Shown piece by piece: positions 19,367-30,784 of a stretch of 64,000 bases of DNA; position 1 is the first letter of the stretch, and each line of letters begins with the position of its first letter. The DNA lies in NCBI GenBank assembly GCA_009380075.1, contig WHSO01000003.1, forward strand, positions 4,724 through 68,723, in the 5' to 3' direction. The translations under genes and the position numbers were made by a program. The stretch is from Alphaproteobacteria bacterium. Lineage in GTDB: Bacteria; Pseudomonadota; Alphaproteobacteria; SMXQ01. Below the pieces are notes generated by a model. It was not told the DNA's origin. It ran no database searches and saw only the letters and a program-made list of their open reading frames with translations.

Positions 19367-19525
19367 ATGACCCTCGGAACCGTTCTGATCGTTGTGTTAA
19401 TTCTTTTGCTGATCGGTGCATTACCCGCGTGGCCCTATAGCAGAGGCTGGGGCTATTACCCCACGGGAGGCCTTGGCCTCGTCCTGATCATTATCCTGAT
19501 CCTGCTTCTGCTCGGTAGAATCTAG
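19367..19525 (+). CDS. DUF3309 family small membrane protein (52 aa)
   Basis: Read by hand: MTLGTVLIVVLILLLIGALPAWPYSRGWGYYPTGGLGLVLIIILILLLLGRI; RBS AGGAGG; not in the ORF track. Confidence 0.88.
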   Translation: MTLGTVLIVVLILLLIGALPAWPYSRGWGYYPTGGLGLVLIIILILLLLGRI

Positions 19526-19583
19526 GCAGGTAATCGCGAATCTGACATGCTTGCTTTCCGTAGTAGATAGGACGCTCGCAGTA

Positions 19584-20072
19584 CTATCCCTGGACCCCGG
19601 CAGCGCCTGCTGCGAAAGCGGCGGAGGCGGCAAGCGCGGCTACGGTCCGTACGTGATTCCAGGCCGTCCAGACGGAAAGATAATGATTCCAGGTTCCCGA
19701 TGCGGCCGCCTCCGCAGGACTCATCGATTCCAACCGTACATTCAGCGGCACGTTGAACGCGATCGTGCAGAGGAAGACGCCGACGACGTAAAATACGATT
19801 CCCGCCAGCACCGCAACCCAGTCCGTAACCGCCCACTGCAGGCGCCAGGCGAAAATGAGTACGACGCTCAGGGCGGCACATCCGAAGAACAGCGGCATGA
19901 ACAGGGAGCGCAGGATGACCCTGTTGATCGATTGCATGGCGGCGGCGCCCTGTTTCACGGGCAGGCGAGCGAATGCCTTCATCACGAACGTCGAAAAGGC
20001 GAAAAAGACGCCCGCGATCAACCCGCTGCCGATTGCGGCGCAGATAAGGATGGTAAATACCAGAAGCGCCAT
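19584..20072 (-). CDS. DUF1772 / anthrone oxygenase family membrane protein
   Basis: GLIAGVFFAFSTFVMKA...AAMQSIN...TIAFNVPLN...WTAWNHVRT. Confidence 0.85.
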   Translation of the reverse strand: MALLVFTILICAAIGSGLIAGVFFAFSTFVMKAFARLPVKQGAAAMQSINRVILRSLFMPLFFGCAALSVVLIFAWRLQWAVTDWVAVLAGIVFYVVGVFLCTIAFNVPLNVRLESMSPAEAAASGTWNHYLSVWTAWNHVRTVAALAASAAFAAGAAGVQG

Positions 20073-20352
20073 AGGTCCCTTCCATCGGAGCTGATAAGGC
20101 CGGATTGTCTTCAGTGTGCCTGAGGTTCGGATGGCTCCGGCCGTCGTTCAACAAGGCTACCTGTGATCCCGCCTACCATCAATGATGGCGGCAATTTTCC
20201 AAAAAGATCGTTGTGATCCTGGAGAAGGAATTGGGCCACGCTGGAAGCGCGACATCGTTGCCGAAAGACGACGGCTCGGGGTACTTTCACCATAGTGGCA
20301 GGCCCCCAGGAAGCGGGGCAGGCGCACAAGAAGGCCGTCGTGGGGACATAGC

Positions 20353-22176
<1,824 letters not shown>

Positions 22177-22321
22177 CCCGAGTCGTGATGCCCGTGACAG
22201 TGCCGATTCGCCTTGCCGTGGCGACCGACAGTTTTCTTCCGAAGAACCAGCTTGACGCGAAGTATACGGCCAATATCCTGAAATCGTCCAAGCAAAGAAA
22301 AATCAGGATCGGGAGGGGAAA

Positions 22322-23488
22322 ATGAACAATAACACAAAGACATACTTGCGCGGATTTTGGAAGACTCTGGCCGGCATCGGCGTGCTGGTGAGCGCCGCCG
22401 GATTCCAGAGCACAACGGCATTCGCCAACGACGGCTGGAAGGCGGAATGGGAGAAGGTCATGGCCGCGGCGCGCAAGGAGGGTGTGGTCGCCGTCTCCGG
22501 GCCGCCGGGCGCATTTCAGCGTCGCGCCATCACCGAAGGTTGGGCCAAGTCGTTCCCCGATATAAGGCTCGAATATACCGGCGGTCGCGGGCGGGACGTC
22601 GTCTCGAAGGTCGTGAGGGAACGCACCGCCGGAATCTACAATTTCGATATCATCCTGGCATCCACCAGCCCGACCGTTTTCGCCCTTGTGCCGATCAATG
22701 CCCTGGCGCCGCTGCGCGATGCCATCATCATGCCGGACATCGCCGATGACAAGACGTGGTACGACAGCTTCGAAGCCGGATTCATGGACAAGGAGAGGAA
22801 GTACTTCTTCAATCCCATGGGCACTGGCGGCCAGGGAGTCGGCTTCGTCAACCGCGACTGCGTTTCGCGGGAGGTGTTCGGCAAGATGCCTGATCTTGCG
22901 AAGCCCGAGTTGAAGGGCAAACTCGTCTGGTATGATCCGACCGGTCCGGGGACCGCCAGCCGGAGTACGTGGCTCATCAGCCTGGTCATGGGGGAAGACT
23001 GGCTTAAGGCGGTCTTCCAGAAGCAAGGCGTCATTTTTTCGCGCAGCTATCGCCAGATGACGGACTGGCTTGTCAGTTGCAAGGTACACTTGGCATTTGG
23101 GATGACGAACGACGTTCTGGAGCAGATGCAGAAGCAGGGAATTGGGACTAAGGTCGAAGACCTTGTCGGACCTGCGTACACCGGGAAGGTCAATCCCGGC
23201 GGAGCCGGCGGGAACGAGAGCATCGGCTGGTACAACAACGCACCGCACGCGAACGCTGCCAAGGTCTTCGTGAACTGGTTCCTGTCGAGGGACTTCCAGC
23301 AGTTCTATGCCGATATTGTCAAAGACAACAGCCGTCGAATCGACGTGAGGCCGGGCGATCCCAAGCATGTGATGGAGAAGGGCAAGGAATATTTCAGCTG
23401 GAGCACCGAAGAGGCGACCGTCCGCGTCAAGGACCTTCAGGAGAAAATCAAGGCCTGGGGCGTGATCAAGAGGAAAAAGAAGAGGTAG
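22322..23488 (+). CDS. ABC transporter substrate-binding protein, Fe3+/polyamine (AfuA-like) class
   Basis: Signal peptide; WEKVMAAARKEGVVAV, DLAKPELKGKLVWYDP, NAPHANAAKVFVNWFLS; ends KRKKKR. Confidence 0.8.
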   Translation: MNNNTKTYLRGFWKTLAGIGVLVSAAGFQSTTAFANDGWKAEWEKVMAAARKEGVVAVSGPPGAFQRRAITEGWAKSFPDIRLEYTGGRGRDVVSKVVRERTAGIYNFDIILASTSPTVFALVPINALAPLRDAIIMPDIADDKTWYDSFEAGFMDKERKYFFNPMGTGGQGVGFVNRDCVSREVFGKMPDLAKPELKGKLVWYDPTGPGTASRSTWLISLVMGEDWLKAVFQKQGVIFSRSYRQMTDWLVSCKVHLAFGMTNDVLEQMQKQGIGTKVEDLVGPAYTGKVNPGGAGGNESIGWYNNAPHANAAKVFVNWFLSRDFQQFYADIVKDNSRRIDVRPGDPKHVMEKGKEYFSWSTEEATVRVKDLQEKIKAWGVIKRKKKR

Positions 23489-23595
23489 GGCCCGCGTCGC
23501 TCAAGTAAGATGGCCTGGGTTTTTCGGCGGCGTCCCCCTTGCCGTCTCGTACAGGTGAAAATTCAAACCAAAAACACGTGTTGGAGGAATCGTTC

Positions 23596-25458
23596 ATGGC
23601 AGTCACCCGAAAGGCAAAGGCCGGCAAGGCCGCGCCTGCAAAAAGGAAAGCGTCGCGCCGCAGGATCGCTCTCGATGTCGAGGCGCCGGTGCCGATGCGC
23701 AAGCGCAACCGGCCGGAATTCGGTTCCGACGCCGTCGCCGAGCTCCTGAACGGATTCGGGTTCGACTACGCGTTCCTCAATCCGGGGTCGAGCTTCCGCA
23801 GCCTGCAGGACTCGCTCGTCAACTACAACGGCAACGTAAAGCCGAAGGTTGTTCTCGGCCTGCATGAGGACGTCGTCACGGCGATGGCCCAGGGTTACGC
23901 GACGGCATCGGGTCGCCCGGCTCTGTGCATCCTTCACAATCTGGTCGGCCTGATGCACGGCGCGATGGGCATCTTCAACATGTATTGTGCCGGAATGCCC
24001 GTGGTGATCCTGGGCGGATCGGGCCCTTCGGACATCACACTGCGGGGGCCCGTGGATTACCTCCATTCGGCCAACACCCAGGGTGAGGTCGTTCGGTCCT
24101 TCGTCAAATGGGATGACGAGGCGACGACGGTCGACGGCGTGCTCGACTCCGTGCTGCGCGGATACAAGATCGCCAACACGAGCCCCAAGGGACCCGTCTA
24201 CATCGCGTTCGACTCGGGGGTGCAGGAGCAGCGGCTGGATGGGCCGGTCGCCATTCCCGACGGCAACCTTCCTTGCTTCCAGGCTCCGGCGGCCCCGGCC
24301 GCCAGTGAAGCCATCGTCGACCGGATCGCCGACATGCTGGTCAAGGCGCGCTACCCGATGATCGTCGGCGGCCGTATCGGCTACCTGCCGTCCGCGACGG
24401 GGCCGGTGCGGGAACTGGTGGAGCTTCTGGGCGCGGCCTATCGGGAGGATCGCACGTTCGTCTCCATGGCGACGCGGCACCCGCAGAACCTGACCGGTTC
24501 GCGCGACGCGCTGGCGAAGGCCGACGTGGTGCTGGCGCTCGACTGTGCCGACGTCCGTTCCGCCGTAGGCGGTTACGCATCCGATCGCAGCAATGTCTAC
24601 AAGACGCTGGACTCGAACGGCCAGAAGGTTATCGACCTGTCAATGAACGAAAGCGCCAGCCGGCGCTGGAACCGTGTCGGCGGCGCCATCGCCGATACCG
24701 CCCTGCAGGTGATGGCGGACCCCCTGACCGGACTCTCCCAGATCATCGACGCCGTCCGGGAACGAACCCGGGCGAAGCCCGATCTCGCCGCCCGTTTCGC
24801 CCGCCGGGCAAAGTCGATCGCCCGGGAGAAGGCGGCTCTCGTCCGCGAGCAGGAAAAGCGGCTCAAGGCACGCTGGAACGAAAATCCCATCTCTCCCGGC
24901 CGCATGGTGGCGGAGCTCTGGGCGGCGGTGCGCCACACGCCCTGGTACCTGACCCTGCGCAACCATCGCTCCTGGCCGGAAGGCGTGTGGGAGTTCGACG
25001 GCGCGGGGCAGTACGCCGGCCATTCGTCGGGTGGAGGTCTCGGTCACGGTCCCGGGGCGTCGGTGGGCGCGGCGTTCGCCTGCCGCGACGACGGGCGTTT
25101 TCCGGTGGGCATCATCGGCGATGGCGATTTCCTGATGGCGACCTGTGCGGTATGGACCGCGGTCCACTACAAGCTGCCCTTGCTGATGGTGATCAACAAC
25201 AACACGTCTTGGTACAACGACGAGGAACACCAGTTCAAGATCGCCAAGGGCAGGGGACGCCCGCCGGAGAACGCCTATATCGGAACGACGACGCGCGATC
25301 CCGACGTCGATTTCGCAAAGGTGTCCGAAGGCTACGGCGCTTACGTCGAAGGGCCGATTACGGAACCGGACGACCTCGCCGGGGCCCTCAAGCGTGCGGT
25401 CAAGGTGGTGGAAGACGGCGGGGTGGCGGTTGTCGACGTGCGCACGGCCAATCTGTAG
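23596..25458 (+). CDS. Thiamine-pyrophosphate-dependent enzyme (benzoylformate decarboxylase / acetolactate synthase-like)
   Basis: FLNPGSSFRSL, LHED catalytic Glu, SPKGPVYI, GDGDFLM...NNTSW TPP motif; RBS GGAGG. Confidence 0.88.
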   Translation: MAVTRKAKAGKAAPAKRKASRRRIALDVEAPVPMRKRNRPEFGSDAVAELLNGFGFDYAFLNPGSSFRSLQDSLVNYNGNVKPKVVLGLHEDVVTAMAQGYATASGRPALCILHNLVGLMHGAMGIFNMYCAGMPVVILGGSGPSDITLRGPVDYLHSANTQGEVVRSFVKWDDEATTVDGVLDSVLRGYKIANTSPKGPVYIAFDSGVQEQRLDGPVAIPDGNLPCFQAPAAPAASEAIVDRIADMLVKARYPMIVGGRIGYLPSATGPVRELVELLGAAYREDRTFVSMATRHPQNLTGSRDALAKADVVLALDCADVRSAVGGYASDRSNVYKTLDSNGQKVIDLSMNESASRRWNRVGGAIADTALQVMADPLTGLSQIIDAVRERTRAKPDLAARFARRAKSIAREKAALVREQEKRLKARWNENPISPGRMVAELWAAVRHTPWYLTLRNHRSWPEGVWEFDGAGQYAGHSSGGGLGHGPGASVGAAFACRDDGRFPVGIIGDGDFLMATCAVWTAVHYKLPLLMVINNNTSWYNDEEHQFKIAKGRGRPPENAYIGTTTRDPDVDFAKVSEGYGAYVEGPITEPDDLAGALKRAVKVVEDGGVAVVDVRTANL

Positions 25459-25534
25459 GGGGCGTGCAGGGCGGGCTGTTACCGCGGGGGCGGTCTGCCC
25501 AGGCCCCTGAACCTCTACAGGCGAAGTCCGGACG

Positions 25535-26593
25535 CTAGGCGCGAAATACCATCATATCGGTGAGACCGCCGACCTTGGAAAGGTCGACCGGCAGGCGCCC
25601 CCAACTGCCGCCGCCGTCGCGACTGCGGAACAGGTGTCCCTTGTGCGTGCACACGTAGACATCGTCAGGATTGGCAGGGTCGATAGTGATCGCCCCGGGA
25701 AACTCCGGCCCGATTTCCTCGAACGGGGTCTTGGTTTCCTGCCAATGCTTGCCGCCGTCCCGTGAGGCGATCATGCGCGCTTCGGCGCCTGACGGACGCC
25801 GCCACTGCGGCGGCCCGTTGGCGATGCTCGTGAAGAGGACATCGGGATCGTTCGGGTGCATCACCAGGGGAACCGCGTAATCCTGGTAAAACTCAGTCGC
25901 CATGGGGCTCCAGGTTTCGCCAGAATCGTCGCTGACGTAAAGCGCCTTGCCCGCGGTTTCGCCAAGCCGATGGCCGTGGCCTCCCGTGGCGGCGTAAATG
26001 CGTGAAGGCTTCTCCGGCGGGATGACGAGGGTATGGACATCGGCATCGATTCCGCCGGTCAGCAGCTTCCAGGTGATGCCGCGGTCCGTGCTCTTGCCCA
26101 GGTAGCCAACCTGGAGCGCGGCGTACATGACATCCCGGTTCTTGGGGTCGATGGTGATGTCCCGAACATGCGGCTCAACGCTGGGGACGGGATAGGTGAT
26201 CGCCGGCACACTTGGCAGGTCGCGCAGCCCGGGCAGGAGTTCCCAGTTCTCCCCGCCGTCATGGGTGACGTAAAGGCCGATGGGCTCGGTTCCGACGTAG
26301 ATGGTGTCGGGGTCGAACGGGTCGACGGTGACGCAATGCACCTTGCCCGGGCCGGGCCGTCCGTAATTGGGTTTGGTCCAGCCGCCGGTCCGGCCTTCGC
26401 CGCTCTTGTCGGTCTGCAGCCAGATACCGTCTCCCCGGGTTCCGGCGATCAACTGGCCGGAGCCGTTCAGCGCCAATTGGGTCACTTCCCATCCGGGAAG
26501 GAAGATACGCTCGTTCAGCTGCCAGTCGTTCTTGCCGTTTTCGCTGATGGCGACGACACCGCGATCGGAACCGGCATAAATGACAACACCCAT
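25535..26593 (-). CDS. BNR/Asp-box (WD40/YVTN-like) beta-propeller protein, no signal peptide
   Basis: Repeated SxDxGxTW boxes (THDGGENW, STDRGITW, SDDSGETW, SRDGGKHW, SRDGGGSW); EPHVRDI motif shared with the paralog at 35736. Confidence 0.8.
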   Translation of the reverse strand: MGVVIYAGSDRGVVAISENGKNDWQLNERIFLPGWEVTQLALNGSGQLIAGTRGDGIWLQTDKSGEGRTGGWTKPNYGRPGPGKVHCVTVDPFDPDTIYVGTEPIGLYVTHDGGENWELLPGLRDLPSVPAITYPVPSVEPHVRDITIDPKNRDVMYAALQVGYLGKSTDRGITWKLLTGGIDADVHTLVIPPEKPSRIYAATGGHGHRLGETAGKALYVSDDSGETWSPMATEFYQDYAVPLVMHPNDPDVLFTSIANGPPQWRRPSGAEARMIASRDGGKHWQETKTPFEEIGPEFPGAITIDPANPDDVYVCTHKGHLFRSRDGGGSWGRLPVDLSKVGGLTDMMVFRA

Positions 26594-26705
26594 GTTTTCC
26601 TCCTTTTCACGCCTTCCGGGGTGACCCGGATCGGCCGTGGTTCACAAGCCCGTTCTTCTTGACTTTCTTGAGCCGCCCAAAGAATACAGGATATCGGGAC
26701 CGGAA

Positions 26706-27662
26706 TCAGTAGGCTCCCTGACCGTCGACGCGGTTCGCCAGGGCTTCTCCCCGCAGGTGCCGTTTCAGGTTTTCCGTAAATACATTCCGCAATTTCGACC
26801 AGCGTAGCGGGTCCGTCTGCGCGATATTGGGGCTGATGATCAGGTTGGGGGCGTCCCACAGCGGTGAGGTTGTGGGCAGGGGATTGGCGCCGAAAACATT
26901 GCACGCGGCGCCCGCGATCCAGCCTTCGCGCAGTGCGCGGGCCAGGGCCTCGTCATCGACGATGCCGCGGGTGACCAGATTGATCAGATGACTCGTGGTC
27001 TTCATCGACCGCAACTGCCCTTCCCCGATGAGGCCCTGAATCCCCGGAATGGGTGGAAGGCCGACGATCAGGAAATCCGCTTCTGACAGAATCCCGTCGA
27101 GCCCCTCCATCCCGCAGACGCTTTCCACATAGGGCGGCACCTGGTTCACATTGCGCCGGATCGCGCGTACCTTCATTTCCTGCTTGTGTAACCTCTGGGC
27201 GACGGCGGAACCGACCGCCCCCAATCCCAGGAGTCCGACCACTTTGCCCGACAGGGTATCGAGCGCGAGGGTCTCATCCCAGCGGCGTGCCTGCTTGAAC
27301 TCCGAAAGCAGCGGAAACTTCTTGGCCAAAGCGAGGACGCAAGCCTCCGCATATTCCGAGAGGGGGTGCGCCTGCACGCCCCGGCTGCAGGTGACGGCGA
27401 TGCCCTGGGAAGCGACGTGCGGCGTCAGGAACGACAGGCCGCCGCCGTAGGTCGTGTGTATCCACTTGAGTGAAGGAAGTTGCACGGTCGTCTCGTCCGG
27501 GAGTCTCGAACGCGTGAATATTATGTCGACCGATGAATGGTCGTCGGGTTTCAGTTCGACGGAGAACCTTGCGTTCGGAAACTCACGACCAAGCCGCTCG
27601 GCATCGCCTTCGGGTAGTTCATCGCCCAATCGAAGCCACACATGGCAGTTCAAGATACGCAC
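26706..27662 (-). CDS. D-2-hydroxyacid dehydrogenase family protein
   Basis: GLLGLGAVG, LINLVTRGIVDD, AACNVFGANPLP, WDAPNLIISPNIA. The usual DVF.xEPL and PH catalytic positions are altered. Confidence 0.8.
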   Translation of the reverse strand: MRILNCHVWLRLGDELPEGDAERLGREFPNARFSVELKPDDHSSVDIIFTRSRLPDETTVQLPSLKWIHTTYGGGLSFLTPHVASQGIAVTCSRGVQAHPLSEYAEACVLALAKKFPLLSEFKQARRWDETLALDTLSGKVVGLLGLGAVGSAVAQRLHKQEMKVRAIRRNVNQVPPYVESVCGMEGLDGILSEADFLIVGLPPIPGIQGLIGEGQLRSMKTTSHLINLVTRGIVDDEALARALREGWIAGAACNVFGANPLPTTSPLWDAPNLIISPNIAQTDPLRWSKLRNVFTENLKRHLRGEALANRVDGQGAY

Positions 27663-27759
27663 TCCTTTTCCTCATACACGGGACAGGCACAACGACTGTG
27701 GTGCCCGGTTTCGATTCCTGCGCAGGAGTATCCGATGCCGCTATTCCGGACTCGATCCG

Positions 27760-28875
27760 TTAGAGCGCAAAGGCCTTCAGGCGTTCGACGGGCACGCCCA
27801 CCTTTATGCGCTCGCCTTCGGCCAGAATTCGCTGACCATGCAATTCGGCGAGGATGCAGACGTCGCCCGCCATCAACTCGCACGAGCTCCGACCGCCGGT
27901 AAACGTGGACGACTTCACCATCGCATGGAAGACATTGGCACCCGCAGCCGCCGTATCCGGATCGCCGACCAGGATATCCTCGGGACGAATCATGATATTG
28001 AGGACTTCGCCCATCCGAATTCCTTCCGGCGCCGCATCGCGCCGGCAGGAGAGGGTGAAAGGGCTGCTTTCGACCCGCACGTCGATATGTACGAGCCCGT
28101 CGTCGATCCTGGCGACCGTGCCTTCGAGGAAACTGCTCTTGCCGATGAAACCGGCGACGAAGGCGTTCACCGGATCGGCGTAGATCTCTCCCGGGCTCGC
28201 CTCCTGCTGGATGATGCCGTCCTGCATGACGGCGATGCGGTCCGAGATGGCCATGGCCTCTTCCTGGTCGTGGGTCACATACAGGCCCGTCAGGCCTAGC
28301 CGCTTGATGATCCTCTGGATTTCGGTCCGCATTTCGACGCGCAGCTTGGCGTCGAGGTTGCTCAGCGGTTCACCGAGGAGGAGGAGCTTGGGTTCGTAGA
28401 CCAGGGCCCGCGCGAGGGCGACGCGCTGCTGCTGCCCGCCACTCAGCATGGGGGAGGGCCGGTCCGCCATTCCTTCGAGCTGGACCAGGGACAGGGCGTT
28501 CAGGACCCGCTCCTTCACTTCGGCCTTCGGAACATTCCGGTTCCCACGCACCAGCGGGAAAGCGACATTCTGGTACACGGTCATGTGAGGCCAGATCGCA
28601 TAGGACTGAAAGACCATCCCCACGCCGCGCCGTTCGGGCTGCAGGTTGATGCCTCGCGTCCCGCTGAAGACCGTGAGGTTGCCGATCGTGATTTCGCCGG
28701 AACTGGCCGTCTCCAGCCCGGCGACGGAGCGCAGCGTCGTGCTCTTGCCGCATCCGGAAGGGCCGAGCAACGTGTAGATTTCCCCGGTCTGGACCTCGAA
28801 GGTGATCCCCTTCAGGGCTTCGACGGTCCCGGCATCGGTCCGGTATTGCTTGTACAGATTTTCGACCTTGAGCAT
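27760..28875 (-). CDS. ABC transporter ATP-binding protein (FbpC/PotA-like); Walker B reads LLLLGE
   Basis: GPSGCGKST, LSGGQQQR, YVTHDQEEAM; Gly codon at 28372-28374 where Asp is expected. Confidence 0.9.
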   Translation of the reverse strand: MLKVENLYKQYRTDAGTVEALKGITFEVQTGEIYTLLGPSGCGKSTTLRSVAGLETASSGEITIGNLTVFSGTRGINLQPERRGVGMVFQSYAIWPHMTVYQNVAFPLVRGNRNVPKAEVKERVLNALSLVQLEGMADRPSPMLSGGQQQRVALARALVYEPKLLLLGEPLSNLDAKLRVEMRTEIQRIIKRLGLTGLYVTHDQEEAMAISDRIAVMQDGIIQQEASPGEIYADPVNAFVAGFIGKSSFLEGTVARIDDGLVHIDVRVESSPFTLSCRRDAAPEGIRMGEVLNIMIRPEDILVGDPDTAAAGANVFHAMVKSSTFTGGRSSCELMAGDVCILAELHGQRILAEGERIKVGVPVERLKAFAL

Positions 28876-28928
28876 TACGTCCCCGTTACGTTTTCTTCAC
28901 TTACGCACCCGTCTCTCAGGCGCCGCAC

Positions 28929-30722
28929 TCAGTTCGTCCGCTGGAGCACCCCGCCCTTGGTGACGATGAATCCAATAAATAAAAGCAGTCCGCAGCCGAC
29001 CGTCATGACGACGGCGCCGGCCGCCGCCTGTGCGAGCCCGCCTTCGTTCCACATCAGCCAGACCTGCACTGCCATGACCTTGTTGCCGGTTCCGGTCAGG
29101 AACAGAGCCATGGACAGTTCCCGGAAGGTGCGCAGCGAAATCCAGACGGTCGCGAACACCAGGGCGGGCCGGATCAACGGCATCAACACGTAGAAAATCG
29201 TCTTCATCGAGGAGACGCCACAGGTGCGAGAGGCTTCCTCGAGCTCGTTATGAACCTGGATAAGGGCCGCATTGGTCACGCGGGTGGTGTAGGAAATGTG
29301 GTTGAGCACGTTGGCCATCACCAGCAGGCCGAGGGTGCCGACGAGTGCCAACCCGGACCACACTTCAATCGTGAGCGCCGCGATGAACAACGCGAACGCG
29401 AAGGCAAGACCGGGTATGGCGTGAGGCAGGATAGCAAGGCCGTCCACAAGCCTGCGGACCTTGAGCCTGGTCCGGACGACGACCCAGGAAATCATGACGC
29501 TGAAGAAGACCAGCAGGACGCAGGCCGAAATGATCAGGATAAGCGTGTTGAGGATGACGGGCCAACCGCCGAAGGCGCCCAGGATGAAGTCGGGATCGTA
29601 GTATCGGAAGCTGAGATGGGAGAGCGCCTCGATGCTGGGCAAGCGGAAAGACGCCACCGAAATCCAGATCAGCCACAGCAGCGGCATGAGAGCTGCGCAG
29701 AGAAGGAAGATGCCGATGAACACCAGCCCGGGCCATTTCCACCAGCCAATCTCCACGTTCCGCGGCCGATAGCCTTTTCCGGTCACGACGCCGAACCTGT
29801 GGGATTTGTTGATGACCTTGAAATAGAAATAGAGACCGACCAGGCTCGGCACCATCATCAGCACCGCATACACGCCGGCCGCGCCGTAACGGACCGAGGT
29901 GCCGTCTTCGGTATAGACGGCGAAGAACATCTCGGTCGCGAGGACGGGGGTGCTGCCGCCAAGGCCGACCACGATGGCGGGCACTTCGAAGAGGGAGATC
30001 GCCGTCATGAAGGTGAAGATACCGGCGGCAATGACGGCCGGCCAGACCAGCGGCAGGCTGACATAGATGAAGGTCTTGAACCGGTTTGCCCCGGAGATGG
30101 CCGCCGCTTCCTCCATCGCCGGATCCATCTGGCGCATCGGGCCGGCAATCAGGAAGAATGTCGTGGGTGTCAGGGTCAGGCCCATGACCCAGGCGATGCC
30201 CCAGACATTATTGACGGAAAACGGAAAGGACTCGATGGGGAGAAGGCTGACGATGGCGCGATTCAGTATCCCGATTCTCTCATTGAGCAAAAGGACCCAG
30301 CCCATCGACTTGACGAAGGGGGGCAGCACCATGACCAGCGCGACACAGGTCAGCAATGCGTTCTTGAAGGGAATCGTCGTGCGGACGAGAAGCCACGCTG
30401 CCGGCCCGGCGAAGAAAAGCGTCACGGCCACGGCGCCGAATCCGACGACGAGGGTATTGGGGATGATCTCGGCCCAGAGCTTCGAATTTGCCAGATTCGT
30501 CCAATGTTCGAGGGTCCAGCCCAGGGTCGTCGGCAGGCCGGGAACGAAGGTCGTATAGAAGATCAGAAGCCCGAGAATGAGCACCAGGACGAGGGGAATC
30601 GCGCTGAAGATCAGCGGGATGACGTGGGGTTTTGCCAGCGTATCGACGATCCACTGACGAAACGACCCTGCGGCAGCGGCTTCGTCCGGACGCTGTTCGA
30701 TCGCCTGCTCAGCCATGGTCAT
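28929..30722 (-). CDS. ABC transporter permease (fused two-domain FbpB-like)
   Basis: Two EAA loops (MEEAAAISGAN, LEEASRTCGVS) and about 12 TM segments. Confidence 0.88.
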   Translation of the reverse strand: MTMAEQAIEQRPDEAAAAGSFRQWIVDTLAKPHVIPLIFSAIPLVLVLILGLLIFYTTFVPGLPTTLGWTLEHWTNLANSKLWAEIIPNTLVVGFGAVAVTLFFAGPAAWLLVRTTIPFKNALLTCVALVMVLPPFVKSMGWVLLLNERIGILNRAIVSLLPIESFPFSVNNVWGIAWVMGLTLTPTTFFLIAGPMRQMDPAMEEAAAISGANRFKTFIYVSLPLVWPAVIAAGIFTFMTAISLFEVPAIVVGLGGSTPVLATEMFFAVYTEDGTSVRYGAAGVYAVLMMVPSLVGLYFYFKVINKSHRFGVVTGKGYRPRNVEIGWWKWPGLVFIGIFLLCAALMPLLWLIWISVASFRLPSIEALSHLSFRYYDPDFILGAFGGWPVILNTLILIISACVLLVFFSVMISWVVVRTRLKVRRLVDGLAILPHAIPGLAFAFALFIAALTIEVWSGLALVGTLGLLVMANVLNHISYTTRVTNAALIQVHNELEEASRTCGVSSMKTIFYVLMPLIRPALVFATVWISLRTFRELSMALFLTGTGNKVMAVQVWLMWNEGGLAQAAAGAVVMTVGCGLLLFIGFIVTKGGVLQRTN

Positions 30723-30784
30723 CCCCGGGCAGGGCGCGGATGGGCGGCCGGTTGTCCATTGTGCAGGTGGTCTTCATCCCCGTT

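Noticed and set aside
20073-20352. glmS ribozyme or other riboswitch upstream of glmS
   Set aside because: No recognisable conserved core; this ribozyme is mainly found in Firmicutes.
8946-20352. Stress and envelope block as a discrete mobile island
   Set aside because: Codon style looks different, but I found no integrase, transposase, tRNA or flanking direct repeats; treated as an accessory block only.
22177-22321. Tn7-like insertion at the attTn7 site downstream of glmS
   Set aside because: No TGT...ACA end with repeated TnsB sites, no target duplication and no tns genes are visible.
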